NCBI GenBank assembly: GCA_027315185.1
Contig: DAHUYO010000004.1
Location: 3,005 to 67,004 of the forward strand
From: Acidobacteriota bacterium
GTDB taxonomy: Bacteria; Acidobacteriota; Terriglobia; Terriglobales; SCQP01
DNA length: 64,000 bases
Reading direction: 5' to 3'
In this document: piece after piece, positions 28,905-38,882 of the stretch
Numbering within the stretch: the first letter of the stretch is position 1
Layout: every line of letters starts with the position of its first letter
Position numbers and translations under genes: made by a program
The notes under the pieces: model-generated
The model's database searches: none
Told to the model about the DNA's origin: nothing
Seen by the model: only the letters and a program-made list of their open reading frames with translations

Positions 28905-29122
28905 CACTTTACCTCCGCCCAAATTATAGGCGGGGCGGAGCGGAGCGGGCGGGGGTCGCCTTCGGGCATTCCGCGGGCTTCGCTCCGCCGGCGCTGCGCT
29001 CCGGCCTCTTGCACGGGGTTGGCATCACTTCGCTCTCGCGGCGAACTCGCGGCCTGCCGCCGGCAGCCAATGCCCTTGCCGCCAGCTCGGTTTGCTGCTT
29101 CCAATCCCAGCGGGAGGCGTGG

Positions 29123-29773
29123 ATGGCCAGCAGCTCGTGCCTGCGCAGTTGTTTGCTCGTAGCGTTGTTGGCGGCGGCGGCGCTGCCCGGCCGGTGCCAG
29201 ACGTTTCGCCCGCGCTGGACCGGCGAGGCGAGTGTTGGCGTCGCCCCGGTCGTGGGCGGAGTCGGCAAGCACCTGTCCACGGGCTGGGAACTGACCGGGG
29301 CGCTCGGACGCCGGTTGACGCGGAGCTTTGCCGTGGAAGGCGAATTTGCGTTCGACAGCCTGGGCGTGACCGCTGCGGCGCTGCGGCGTTTGCATGTGCC
29401 GGCGGGGGCGGCGGACGCGTGGTCGCTCAGCCCGGAGGCGGTATGGAACTTTGCCCACGGGCAGTTGGGCGGCTATCTGCGCGCCGGCGTGGGCTATTAC
29501 CGGCGGACGGTGCAGTTTCTGCAACCGACGTTTGCCGGCACCATCATCTTCGATCCTTGGTGGGGCTATTTCGGCCCGGCGATCGTCCCGGTGAACGTCG
29601 TTTTAGGGTCGGTCTCGGAGAATGCCTTTGGCGCCAATGGCGGGATCGGCATAACGGCGCGATTGCCGCATGGCCGCGGCGCGCGGGTATTTTTGGAGCT
29701 GGATTACCGTTGGGCCAACACCCATCCCACGGCGACGACGCTGCTGCCCGTGACCCTCGGCATCCGCTGGTAG
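29123..29773 (+). CDS. Outer-membrane beta-barrel protein
   Basis: Signal peptide, amphipathic strands, terminal aromatic residue (VTLGIRW). Confidence 0.75.
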   Translation: MASSSCLRSCLLVALLAAAALPGRCQTFRPRWTGEASVGVAPVVGGVGKHLSTGWELTGALGRRLTRSFAVEGEFAFDSLGVTAAALRRLHVPAGAADAWSLSPEAVWNFAHGQLGGYLRAGVGYYRRTVQFLQPTFAGTIIFDPWWGYFGPAIVPVNVVLGSVSENAFGANGGIGITARLPHGRGARVFLELDYRWANTHPTATTLLPVTLGIRW

Positions 29774-29902
29774 GCGCGCCGCCCCATCCGCCGCTTCGGG
29801 CTGCCCCCCATTACCCGGGCGCCGCGCCGCGCTGGGCCCTCGTCTGACAACTGGCAAGACGCCTCTCGCCGAACACCGCGGCGGACCTGTATCCTCAGGA
29901 TC

Positions 29903-30796
29903 ATGGGCACGAACGTCTCCGCCATTCGCAAAGCCGTATTTCCCGCCGCCGGCCTCGGCACGCGGTTTTTACCCGCGACCAAGGCGCAGCCCAAGGAAAT
30001 GCTGGCGCTGGTGGACAAGCCGATCATTCAGTACGGCGTCGAGGAAGCGCTGGCGTCGGGGATGGACAACATCATCATCGTCACCGGCCGGGGCAAAAAT
30101 TCGATCGAGGATCACTTCGACGTCAGCTTCGAGCTGGAAACGATTCTGGAGCAAAAAGGCAAAACCGATTTGCTGGCGGTGGTGCGGGAAATCTCCGACA
30201 TGATCCATGTCTCCTACATTCGGCAAAAGGAGGCGCTGGGTCTGGGTCACGCGGTGCTGATGGCCAAGGATTTGGTCGGCAACGAGCCGTTCGCGGTGCT
30301 TTTGGCCGACGACGTGATTGACGCCGAGGAACCGGCGCTGCGCCAGATGCTGGCGATCTATGAGCAAACCGGCGCCTCGGTGATCGCGGTACAGCAGGTG
30401 CCGCGGGCGGCGATCTCCAGCTATGGCGTGGTGCAGCCGGCGGAGGCGGCGGAGACGCGCTGGGGCGGGCGCGTCTGCCGGGTGGCCAACTTGGTGGAGA
30501 AGCCGCCGGCGGCCGAGGCGCCATCCGATTTGGCGGTGGTGGGGCGGTATTTGCTGACGCCGACGATTTTCCGCCTGCTGGAGCAAACGCCGCGCGGCCG
30601 CGGCGGGGAGATTCAGCTCACCGATGCGCTGCGCGCCCTGGCGGCGAAGGAACCACTGTACGCGCTGCGCTTCGAGGGGCGCAGGCATGACACCGGCGAC
30701 AAGCTCGGCTTCTTGCAGGCTACCGTGGAGCTGGCGCTGAAACGGGAGGACCTGGGCAGCGAGTTCCGCGCCTACCTGCGCGGTTTGGCGTTGTGA
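29903..30796 (+). CDS. galU: UTP-glucose-1-phosphate uridylyltransferase
   Basis: KAVFPAAGLGTRFLPATKAQPKEML, VEKP, GEIQLTDA. Confidence 0.95.
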   Translation: MGTNVSAIRKAVFPAAGLGTRFLPATKAQPKEMLALVDKPIIQYGVEEALASGMDNIIIVTGRGKNSIEDHFDVSFELETILEQKGKTDLLAVVREISDMIHVSYIRQKEALGLGHAVLMAKDLVGNEPFAVLLADDVIDAEEPALRQMLAIYEQTGASVIAVQQVPRAAISSYGVVQPAEAAETRWGGRVCRVANLVEKPPAAEAPSDLAVVGRYLLTPTIFRLLEQTPRGRGGEIQLTDALRALAAKEPLYALRFEGRRHDTGDKLGFLQATVELALKREDLGSEFRAYLRGLAL

Positions 30797-31545
30797 GCGC
30801 TGCGCGCATCGGCCCGTCCCGTCCCCTCGGCCGGGCGTTTTTCCGCCGCGCGACGGAGCGGGTGGCGCCGGACCTGCTCGGGCAGCTCGTGGTGCGCCAG
30901 ACCGGCGGCCGGCGGATTGTGGGACGGATCGTCGAGGTCGAGGCCTACCTAGGACAACACGACCCGGCGGCGCACGCCTTTCGCGGCAAGACTCGGCGCA
31001 ACGCCACGCTGTTCGGGCCGCCGGGGCATGCCTACGTCTACACTAGCTACGGACTGCACCAATGCCTCAACGTCAGCACGCAACCGGCCGGGCAAGCGGG
31101 CTGTGTGCTCATCCGCGGGCTGGAGCCGTGGCTTCCGGCGCCGCCGGTGTTGCGCTGGCTGCAAGCGCGGGCGCCGGCTCGCGATGAGCGCCGGCTGCTC
31201 TCCGGACCGGGCCGTCTTTGCCGCGCGCTGGCGATTGGGCGAGATTGGGATGGTGCGGACCTAACCGCGCCAGGCGGCCTGTGGCTTGCCGCCGGACCGG
31301 CGCCGCGGCGGATCGCCGTGACCCGGCGGATCGGCATCCAGAAGGCGGTCGAGCGGCCGCTGCGGTTTTATGACCTGGAGAGCGCGGCCGTCTCCGGCCG
31401 GCGGGGCCCTGTGGTCATGCTGCTATCGGGCGGGCGCGGACGCTGGCGCATCGCCGGCGCGGCAGCGCCGCTGCGCCACTCCGCGTTGCCCGCCGCGGTT
31501 CGCGGCAAGCACCTAGCGCGCCAGCTTGGTGGCTCGGCGCAGTGA
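30793..31545 (+). CDS. mpg: DNA-3-methyladenine glycosylase (AAG/MPG type)
   Basis: GRIVEVEAY, YVYTSYGLH, VLIRG, GPGRLC, RIGI. Confidence 0.9.
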   Translation: MSAARIGPSRPLGRAFFRRATERVAPDLLGQLVVRQTGGRRIVGRIVEVEAYLGQHDPAAHAFRGKTRRNATLFGPPGHAYVYTSYGLHQCLNVSTQPAGQAGCVLIRGLEPWLPAPPVLRWLQARAPARDERRLLSGPGRLCRALAIGRDWDGADLTAPGGLWLAAGPAPRRIAVTRRIGIQKAVERPLRFYDLESAAVSGRRGPVVMLLSGGRGRWRIAGAAAPLRHSALPAAVRGKHLARQLGGSAQ

Positions 31546-31681
31546 CCGCTGCATTGGGACGCCCCATGCCGGACGCCCGCCGCGGCGGGCGGGATGCCGT
31601 TCTAAGGTAAGTTTTTGCTGGCCACGGACATCGCGACGGGAGCAAACTAAAAATCGAAATTTGCCGTGCCCGTCAGACGTT

Positions 31682-31975
31682 ATGCCCGCTGAACCGCAGT
31701 CCACTCCCCAACCCACCCTCGTGGCCGATGGCCTCGCCGACTTTTTCCGCCTGGAGGAAAAAATCCACGGCATTACCGCTGCGCTCCGCCAGGCCCAGTC
31801 CGCTCGCCAGGAAGCCGAGGCGAAGGCCGAGCAGGCGCAGGCCAAATACGGCGAACTCAAGCGCGACTATGCCGTGCTGGAGAAAGAATTGGTGGGGCTG
31901 CGCAAGGAGCGGGAAGAGGTGCGGCGGCGGGTGGAGAAATTGATTCAGCAGATCGAGGCGCTGCCGGCGGAATAG
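31682..31975 (+). CDS. Coiled-coil protein (ZapB-like)
   Basis: Heptad-rich sequence immediately upstream of zapA. Confidence 0.65.
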   Translation: MPAEPQSTPQPTLVADGLADFFRLEEKIHGITAALRQAQSARQEAEAKAEQAQAKYGELKRDYAVLEKELVGLRKEREEVRRRVEKLIQQIEALPAE

Positions 31976-32048
31976 TGCCGTTTGGGCGCCGCGCGCCCGG
32001 CCCTGGGAGGGTTGACCGGGCCGCCAGGGGGTGCACAAAGGAGGTCCG

Positions 32049-32333
32049 ATGACTGTGCAGGTAGAGATTTACGATCAAACCTATCATCTGACCGGCGCCG
32101 GCGGCGAAACGCAAACCCAGCGGCTGGCGGAGCGCGTGGACGCGGTGATGCGGCAGATCGCGCGGCAGACGCGGGTCATTGATTCGCTGCGGGTGGCGGT
32201 GCTGGCGGCGGTGAACTTGGCGGATGAAAACGAGGCGCTGCGGGAACGCTGCCGGCGGCTGGAAGCGGCGGTCGGCGAGAAGACCGCGGAGTACCATCAG
32301 ATCCTCGATGGCGCCATGTCTCGCGCCAGCTAG
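32049..32333 (+). CDS. zapA: Cell division protein ZapA
   Basis: VxVEIYDQTY, LAxxVDxxM, AVLAAVNLADE; GGAGG RBS. Confidence 0.9.
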   Translation: MTVQVEIYDQTYHLTGAGGETQTQRLAERVDAVMRQIARQTRVIDSLRVAVLAAVNLADENEALRERCRRLEAAVGEKTAEYHQILDGAMSRAS

Positions 32334-32467
32334 GCTGATCTTTTCGCATCCTTGGCGGGCCGCGGGCTTCTCGCCGCGCACGCGTTTGGCCCACACCGCC
32401 GGGCCCTCGAACCCTTGCAACGGGAAATGACCCCGCCCGCCGCTCCTACCCTCCATTTGCACCTCGA

Positions 32468-32884
32468 TTGGCCCACCTCGCCGGCAACCTGGCCGACCAG
32501 GCGGACACGGCCACGCCGGGACCGGTGGGCATCAACATCAACAGCGGCGGGGGCGGATCGCCGGTGATGGGCACGGTGATCGCCCGCAACACCATCCGGG
32601 ATGAAGCGGTGGACATGGCGGTCGATACGCCGGCGTTGGTCGGCGTGCACCTGAATAACCTGCTCGGAGGCCAGACCGGCGTGGCCGACGTTGGCACGCT
32701 CGACGGAGCCACGATGTGCACCGGCGCCATCGCGGCTGCGCAGAACTACTGGGGCTGCCCGGCCGGTCCCGGCGCGCACGGCTGCTCCACCGTGAGCGGC
32801 GGCGACATCACCTATGCGCCGTGGCTGCTGCGGCCAGCCACTCCGCCGGGGCGGCCGAATCAGGACCAGCACGGGCGGCACTGA
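32468..32884 (+). pseudogene. C-terminal remnant of a parallel beta-helix secreted protein
   Basis: NTI/NNL turns and NYWGC..GP...C...PWL tail; no RBS, signal peptide or credible start. Confidence 0.5.
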
Positions 32885-33074
32885 GACGAACGCCTGGAAA
32901 CCGCCGGGCCGGATTCCGCCGCTCGCCGCCCGTCATTTCGAGCTGGGAACGCTGCGCCGGAAGGGTGCACGCGCGTGGCTGCGCTGCGTTCGCGGAACCC
33001 GCAAGAGTGCAATTTTGCTTCCGTCGCCAGCCTGGAATGGTAGCTTAGAAGGGCGGCGTTAGCACAGCGAACTC

Positions 33075-33974
33075 ATGAAAGTTGCATTCTTGGGAACTGG
33101 GATCATGGGTGGTCCCATGGCCAGTAATCTGATCAAGGCCGGCCGTGAGGTCACCATTTGGAACCGCAGCGCGGAAAAGGCACAGCGGATTCAGGACGCG
33201 GTGGGCGGACGGATAGCGGTTTCGCCGGCGGAAGCGGCCGCCGACAGCCAGATCGTTTGGATCTGCGTCAGCGACACCGCAGCGGTGGAACGGGTGGTGC
33301 TGGCCGAGGACGGCATTTTGGGGGTGGCGCGGCCGGGGCTGCTGGTGGCGGATTCGAGCACGATTTCACCCACCGCCAGCCGCGCGCTGGCCAAGCGCAT
33401 TCGCGAGCGGGGCGGGGACTGGGTGGATTGCCCCGTGACCGGCTCCAAGCTGGGAGCGGAGGAAGGCAAGCTGGTGTTCATCGTGGGGGGAGATAACGCC
33501 GCGGTGGAAAAGCTGGAGCCGCTGTTTCAGGTGATGGGCCAGCGCGTGATCCACGTCGGCGGCCTCGGCATGGGGCTGTCCGCCAAGCTGGCGATGAACC
33601 TGAACATCGCCTTGATCTTCGAGGGACTGGCGGAAGGCTTGGTGCTGGCCCAGAAGGCGGGCGTGAGCATGCGGCAAATGCTGGAAATTATCGGCGCCAC
33701 CATGCTGCGCTCCGGCGTGAGCGAGTACAAGGGGCCGTTCTTGGAGCGGCGGGACTTCAGCCCGAACTTTCCCCTGCATCTGATGCTGAAGGACATCCGC
33801 CTGATGCTGGAGTACGCGCGCGAGCTGCGCGTGAAGCTGCCGGCGCTGGAAACCGTCGAAGAGGTGTATGCGGTGGCGGCGGACGAGGATCTGGGTAACG
33901 CGGATTATGCGGCGACGCTGACCCTGCTGGAAAAATGGGCGGGGATTAGCGCGCCGGCGGAAAACCCAGCGTAG
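33075..33974 (+). CDS. Beta-hydroxyacid dehydrogenase (GarR/MmsB family)
   Basis: FLGTGIMGGPMA, DSST, DCPVTGS, KLAMN, KDI. Confidence 0.9.
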   Translation: MKVAFLGTGIMGGPMASNLIKAGREVTIWNRSAEKAQRIQDAVGGRIAVSPAEAAADSQIVWICVSDTAAVERVVLAEDGILGVARPGLLVADSSTISPTASRALAKRIRERGGDWVDCPVTGSKLGAEEGKLVFIVGGDNAAVEKLEPLFQVMGQRVIHVGGLGMGLSAKLAMNLNIALIFEGLAEGLVLAQKAGVSMRQMLEIIGATMLRSGVSEYKGPFLERRDFSPNFPLHLMLKDIRLMLEYARELRVKLPALETVEEVYAVAADEDLGNADYAATLTLLEKWAGISAPAENPA

Positions 33975-34070
33975 GGTGCCGGCCTGACAGTAGCTGCGCG
34001 GCGGGAGTTGGCGGACGGGGAGCCTCGCGTCGCCGCGATCCGCGTTCTAAGATCGCCGACCTCGCTGGAC

Positions 34071-35672
34071 CTAGTCGCTGATTTCCAGGCCGGCGGGAGT
34101 GTCGGTAAGAACGGCGGCGGTGGTAGGAAAACGCCGGCGCAGGGCGGCGACATCGGCCGGGGCTTCCAGGAAAAGTGCTTCGGGAGCGAAATCCGGCTCT
34201 GGCGAGCGAAGGCCGAGATGAGCTCCGAGACGCGCTAGCGGCGGTGACGGCGGTTCGCCGCCCATGCCATCGCCGGGCAAGGCGCGGGCAACCAAACCCC
34301 ATTCCTCAAACCAGGCGGCGGCGTCGCCCAGACCGGCCGAGAGGACCAAGACGCGGCGGAAGCCGCCCTGGTGCAAACACGCCAGGGCATGGTTGAGGTG
34401 CACGCGGCGAATGCGGCCGAGCAAGGGAACCGTCTGAAGAAATGCCTGCTCGGAGGGTTCGATGCTGTCCATCTCCGGCATCTCCAAGGCCGTGCGTAGA
34501 TTCTGCCCCGCTTGCGCGGCACCCAGGCCGAAGGCATCCTGGGCGGCGGCGAGCATAGGCGCATAACCCAGGCGCAGGGCTAGGGTAGGTTCGCGGGCCG
34601 GCAGAGCGGCGGCAAGGGCCCGCCAAGCGGCGAGCGTGGCGGCGGCTTCGGCTTCCCGATGGCGGCAAGCCGCGACCGCATCCCAGGCGGAAGAGAAGGC
34701 GGATTGCAGCGCCTCCGCCAGCGAGAGCGGATCCTCGGGGTCGGCGAGCAGCCCGTTGAGGCCGTGAACCAGCCGCTCCGGCATCGCGCCGATCGCGGTG
34801 GCCACGGGGACGGCGCCCGACCATTGCGCGGCGTCGAGCAACGGGCCATAAGCCTCCTGCCAGCGGGAGGGTAAAACGGCTGCGGCGGCGGCGCGGAGGC
34901 ACAGATGTAGGGCATCTCGGTCCAGGGCTCCGGGAAACTCCACTTGGTGCGGCGGCGGGAACGCGGCGCGGAAGCGGTCCTGAGCGGCGGGATCCATCGC
35001 ACCGGTGGCGAGAAGGCGGACCGGGGACTCGAGCTGGCGCACCGCCTCGGCCAAGAGCCCGACGCCATTGGCCTCATCCCAACCGCCGGCATAAAGGATG
35101 GAACGCGGCGCCCGCGGCGGCAGAATGGGCGGCGGTGGTGGGAGATAGGTCGAGGCTAGCGGGGGCAGGACGATCAGCCGGTCGGCCGGAGCGCCGTGGT
35201 CCAGCCAAGCGTCGCGGAGAAAACGGGTGGGCGCCAGCAGAACCTCGGCGCCGGCCATGGCGGCCTGCCATTGTGCTGGGCGTTGGCGGAATTGGGGCAG
35301 CACCAGCGGCCAATCCAGCTTGCCGGGTGCGGCGCAGAGGGCGCATTTCAGTCCATTGCGGCTGGGGCCGGAACAGATTTCGCCGCGGCGGCGCCATAGC
35401 CGGCGGATCGGGCAGATTTGCAGAAAATCGGTGAGGGCGAGGGCGTAGGGAATTTCGCGCTCGCGCAACTGCCAGAGGGCTTCGGGAGGCAGCGGGCCGG
35501 GATCGTGGACGATGACCGCGGCGGGGTTTTGCCGACGCAGGCAGCGGGCCCAGGCTTGCATGGGGGTCTCGCCGGATTGAATGTCAGCGGGAGAGAACGC
35601 CGCGCCGCCAAGCGATGCGGCGGCGGCGGGCGCGGCGGCCGCATCGGCGGCGACGTGAAGCGCGGAACCCAT
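34071..35672 (-). CDS. Divergent GT4-like glycosyltransferase with extra C-terminal domain
   Basis: DFxxICP..C..CxxC segment, PSRWQEAYG, GAMPE...NGLL. Confidence 0.7.
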   Translation of the reverse strand: MGSALHVAADAAAAPAAAASLGGAAFSPADIQSGETPMQAWARCLRRQNPAAVIVHDPGPLPPEALWQLREREIPYALALTDFLQICPIRRLWRRRGEICSGPSRNGLKCALCAAPGKLDWPLVLPQFRQRPAQWQAAMAGAEVLLAPTRFLRDAWLDHGAPADRLIVLPPLASTYLPPPPPILPPRAPRSILYAGGWDEANGVGLLAEAVRQLESPVRLLATGAMDPAAQDRFRAAFPPPHQVEFPGALDRDALHLCLRAAAAAVLPSRWQEAYGPLLDAAQWSGAVPVATAIGAMPERLVHGLNGLLADPEDPLSLAEALQSAFSSAWDAVAACRHREAEAAATLAAWRALAAALPAREPTLALRLGYAPMLAAAQDAFGLGAAQAGQNLRTALEMPEMDSIEPSEQAFLQTVPLLGRIRRVHLNHALACLHQGGFRRVLVLSAGLGDAAAWFEEWGLVARALPGDGMGGEPPSPPLARLGAHLGLRSPEPDFAPEALFLEAPADVAALRRRFPTTAAVLTDTPAGLEISD

Positions 35673-36093
35673 CTACCTTTACGGTAACCGCTCGGGCAGG
35701 CGGCGGGCAGCGCCGCTTGCTGGGCGCGGTTGGAGGCTGGCGCGTGGTCGCCGGCGACCGGCATAGGCCCGGCAGCGGCGCAGCCGCCGGCCTCCGGCTC
35801 TCTGAATCTCGCCGTCACCCGGCCTGGCGGCAAACTCACGGACCGCCGCCCCGCTGGGTGCGGCTAATGGCGGGCGGTGGGTGCGAACATCAGCGACTGG
35901 GGCCGTGCGGCGTGGGTTTGGTTACCCTTTGGCGGCCCCGCCGAGGCTGAGCCGCGTGCCAATTGACGCCATCCAACACATGGCCCATCAGTCGTTTAGC
36001 TGAGGACGCCGCGAATCGCAAACGCGGCCATGGCAGGAGTTATTGGGGGCATAAAAACTTCCCATTGGCCATGGCGGCGGGCAGCGGGCGATA

Positions 36094-37446
36094 GTGAGCG
36101 GCATGAGGTTGGACCTATTGGCGGGAGCCGTGCCCGTCGCGATTTCCGGGGCGGACAATGCGTGGCTGCTGACGTGCACGGCGCTGGTGCTGCTGATGAC
36201 CGGGCCCGGCCTGGCGCTGTTCTACGGCGGCTTGGTGCGGCGCAAGAACGTGTTGTCCGTGCTGATGCAAAGTTTCAGTCTGATGGCGCTGATCAGCGTG
36301 CTATGGGCGGTCGTGGGCTACAGCCTGTGCTTCGCGCACGGTGGGTGGTTCTTGGGGGGACTGCAGTTTTTGGGCCTGCACGGAGTCGGCGCGGCGCCTA
36401 ACCTGGCGTACGCGCCAACCATCCCGCAGAGTTCCTACGCGCTGTTCCAGCTCATGTTCGCCATCATCACGCCGGCGCTGATCACCGGCGCCTTCGCCGA
36501 ACGGATGAAGTTCAGCTCGATGATGGTGTTTTTGGGCGTGTGGTCATTGGCCGTGTATGCACCGATGGCGCACATGGTGTGGGGTCAGGGGGGACTGTTC
36601 AACGCCGTCTCGGGGCGGATGCCGGTGCTGGATTTCGCCGGCGGGACGGTGGTGCACGTTACCAGCGGCGTTTCCGCCCTGGTGTGCGCGCTATATTTAG
36701 GGCGGCGGCTGGGATATGGCGAAGACAAGATGGAGCCGCACAACTTGGTGCTGTCGGTGACCGGAGCCTGCCTGCTGTGGGTGGGGTGGTTCGGCTTCAA
36801 TGCCGGCAGCGCGCTGACCTCGGGCGCTCTGGCTTCGACGGCATTTCTGACCACGCAGTTGGGCGCCTCCGCGGGCGTGCTGAGCTGGAGCGCGATTGAA
36901 TGGGCGCGGACCGGTCGGCCGACGGCGCTGGGCGCAATCAGCGGGGCGGTGGCGGGGCTGGTGGCGATCACGCCGGCCTGCGGCTTCGTGACGCCGATGG
37001 CGGCGCTGTTGATCGGTGCGGCAGCGGGGCTGGTCTGCTATGGCATGGTCACCGGCGTCAAGCACTTCTTCGGCTATGACGACGCGCTGGACGCTTTTGG
37101 CGTGCATGGCGCGGGGGGAACGCTGGGAGCGATCCTGACCGGCGTGTTCGCCACGGCGGCGGTGAACCCGATTTTCGGCGCCGGACGCGCGGTCGGAGCC
37201 GTGGACGGACGCTGGACGCAGGTCGGGCATCAACTGGCGGCGGTGGGCGTCGCGTGGGGTTTGTCCGGCGCCGGGACGTTCGTGCTGCTGTGGGCGGTGG
37301 ACCATGTGCTGGGACTGCGCGTCAGCCCCGATCACGAGGCGCAAGGGCTGGATTTGGCGCTGCACGGCGAGCACGGCTACCATCCGGCGGCGGAGGACGT
37401 GGCGGGCGGCTGGGGCGAGGTAGGCGCCGAGGAAGCGGCCAGCTAG
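36094..37446 (+). CDS. amtB: Ammonium transporter
   Basis: LFYGGLVRRKN, FQLMFA, DFAGGTVVH, WFGFNAGS, DDALDAFGVHG. Confidence 0.95.
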   Translation: MSGMRLDLLAGAVPVAISGADNAWLLTCTALVLLMTGPGLALFYGGLVRRKNVLSVLMQSFSLMALISVLWAVVGYSLCFAHGGWFLGGLQFLGLHGVGAAPNLAYAPTIPQSSYALFQLMFAIITPALITGAFAERMKFSSMMVFLGVWSLAVYAPMAHMVWGQGGLFNAVSGRMPVLDFAGGTVVHVTSGVSALVCALYLGRRLGYGEDKMEPHNLVLSVTGACLLWVGWFGFNAGSALTSGALASTAFLTTQLGASAGVLSWSAIEWARTGRPTALGAISGAVAGLVAITPACGFVTPMAALLIGAAAGLVCYGMVTGVKHFFGYDDALDAFGVHGAGGTLGAILTGVFATAAVNPIFGAGRAVGAVDGRWTQVGHQLAAVGVAWGLSGAGTFVLLWAVDHVLGLRVSPDHEAQGLDLALHGEHGYHPAAEDVAGGWGEVGAEEAAS

Positions 37447-37618
37447 CGCCGGCGGGAGCGGCGGCGATTGGAACCGACCACGCAGTGCGCGGGGCGGGGG
37501 CGTGCCGGGGCGCTGGCACGCCCATCTGCTCTTTGTTCGCCGCCGCTCGTGGCGCATGAGCTGCGGGGACCGGCAACGGCCGCCGGACGGCCTCCAGGCG
37601 CTGGCGAGGAGCCGCGAG

Positions 37619-38650
37619 TTAGCGCAACTGCGCGAGGTGGCGCCGGAAGGCGGCGGCGAGGCCATAGGCAGGGCGGCCGCGGCGGGGCTTGAGTGCCGCC
37701 AATTTCAACAAATTCATGACATAGCGCTGGGTGAAGGCGTCGGCGGCATGGGCGATGACCGGCACCGAAGAAACCGTGACCAGCCCGCGGCCGAAACGAA
37801 AACGAAACCAGGCGTGGCAACCAGCGTACCCGGCGCCGCCCGGTGCGCGGACCAACAGGCGGAGATCCGGCGCCAGCAGGTTGATGTCCCGCTCCTGAGA
37901 CAAATCGTAGGCAAAGTCGGGGCGGAGCACCTGGGAAGCAGCGGGAGGCAGACCCGCGTGCAGTTCGGGCAGAGCGCCAGGAAAGGCGGCGCCGCAGGCC
38001 GGCGAATAGTTGACCAGATGGACCCGGAAGGGCCAATAGGGCGCCATGTCCGGAGCCGGGGGGCTGAGCAGCAGGAGATTGGCGCCATCGGCGACGGCGG
38101 CCCAAATGCGGCGGTAGCGGGCGGCGATGCGATCGCCGGGCAATTTCGGCTCGGCGATGGCGATAAGGCGGGGATGGGCGGGCCCGAGACCGTTGCGCAG
38201 GGCGAAGCCATGCCTGCGGAGAGCCCCGGCTAGGTCGCGCGGGAAGCCGTACGCAGCCACGGAAAGGACGCCGCCGTAATAGGGCGGCGGGGGAGCGACG
38301 GCGAGAAGATCGAGCGCGGCGGCGCCGGTGTCGGCGCCGGGAATGATTGCGGTGAGGCGATAGGCGCCCGGCTTGGGGAGGAATCCGTCGAGGCGCCAAA
38401 ACCCGGCCTTGGAAACCGGCAAACGCTGGCGCCAGAGAGCCTTACCGTGGGCCAGGACCAGGCGCACCACGATGCTGTCACTGGCGGGCAGCGGGGCGCT
38501 GCTGGTGACTTCGATCAGAAACTGCTGGCCGGCCATGTAATGGCGGGCGCTGGTGCGCACGCGAAGCTGGGGAACCGGGCGGGCTCGGGCGCAGCCGGCG
38601 AGCAGGACGCAAAGGGCCAGCGCGGCGGGAAGGGAGCAACGTCGGAGCAT
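37619..38650 (-). CDS. Hypothetical lipoprotein
   Basis: Lipobox LAGC after a hydrophobic leader. Confidence 0.6.
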   Translation of the reverse strand: MLRRCSLPAALALCVLLAGCARARPVPQLRVRTSARHYMAGQQFLIEVTSSAPLPASDSIVVRLVLAHGKALWRQRLPVSKAGFWRLDGFLPKPGAYRLTAIIPGADTGAAALDLLAVAPPPPYYGGVLSVAAYGFPRDLAGALRRHGFALRNGLGPAHPRLIAIAEPKLPGDRIAARYRRIWAAVADGANLLLLSPPAPDMAPYWPFRVHLVNYSPACGAAFPGALPELHAGLPPAASQVLRPDFAYDLSQERDINLLAPDLRLLVRAPGGAGYAGCHAWFRFRFGRGLVTVSSVPVIAHAADAFTQRYVMNLLKLAALKPRRGRPAYGLAAAFRRHLAQLR

Positions 38651-38882
38651 CGAGGGCGAGTATACCGCGACGGAGCGGGCGGAACTTAGCCGTAAGGCGC
38701 GGCACGCGGGGAGAGGGCGAGCACGCCGGGAGGATGCCGGCGCTCCCAGGTCTTGGCGGCAGCCGCGGGACCGGCTGGCGGTTTCCGCCGCCGGAGGGCG
38801 GCGCGATTGGCCTCCGCGCCGGGCGGACAGCCGGCGCACCCGCGAGTCGCGGCCAACAAGTCTGAGGTACAATCGGGGCGCC

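Noticed and set aside
32334-32467. 6S RNA expected downstream of zapA
   Set aside because: Could not recognise the long hairpin with a central bubble
36030-36046. Sigma-54 promoter for amtB (TGGCAGG...)
   Set aside because: No TTGC at the required -12 spacing
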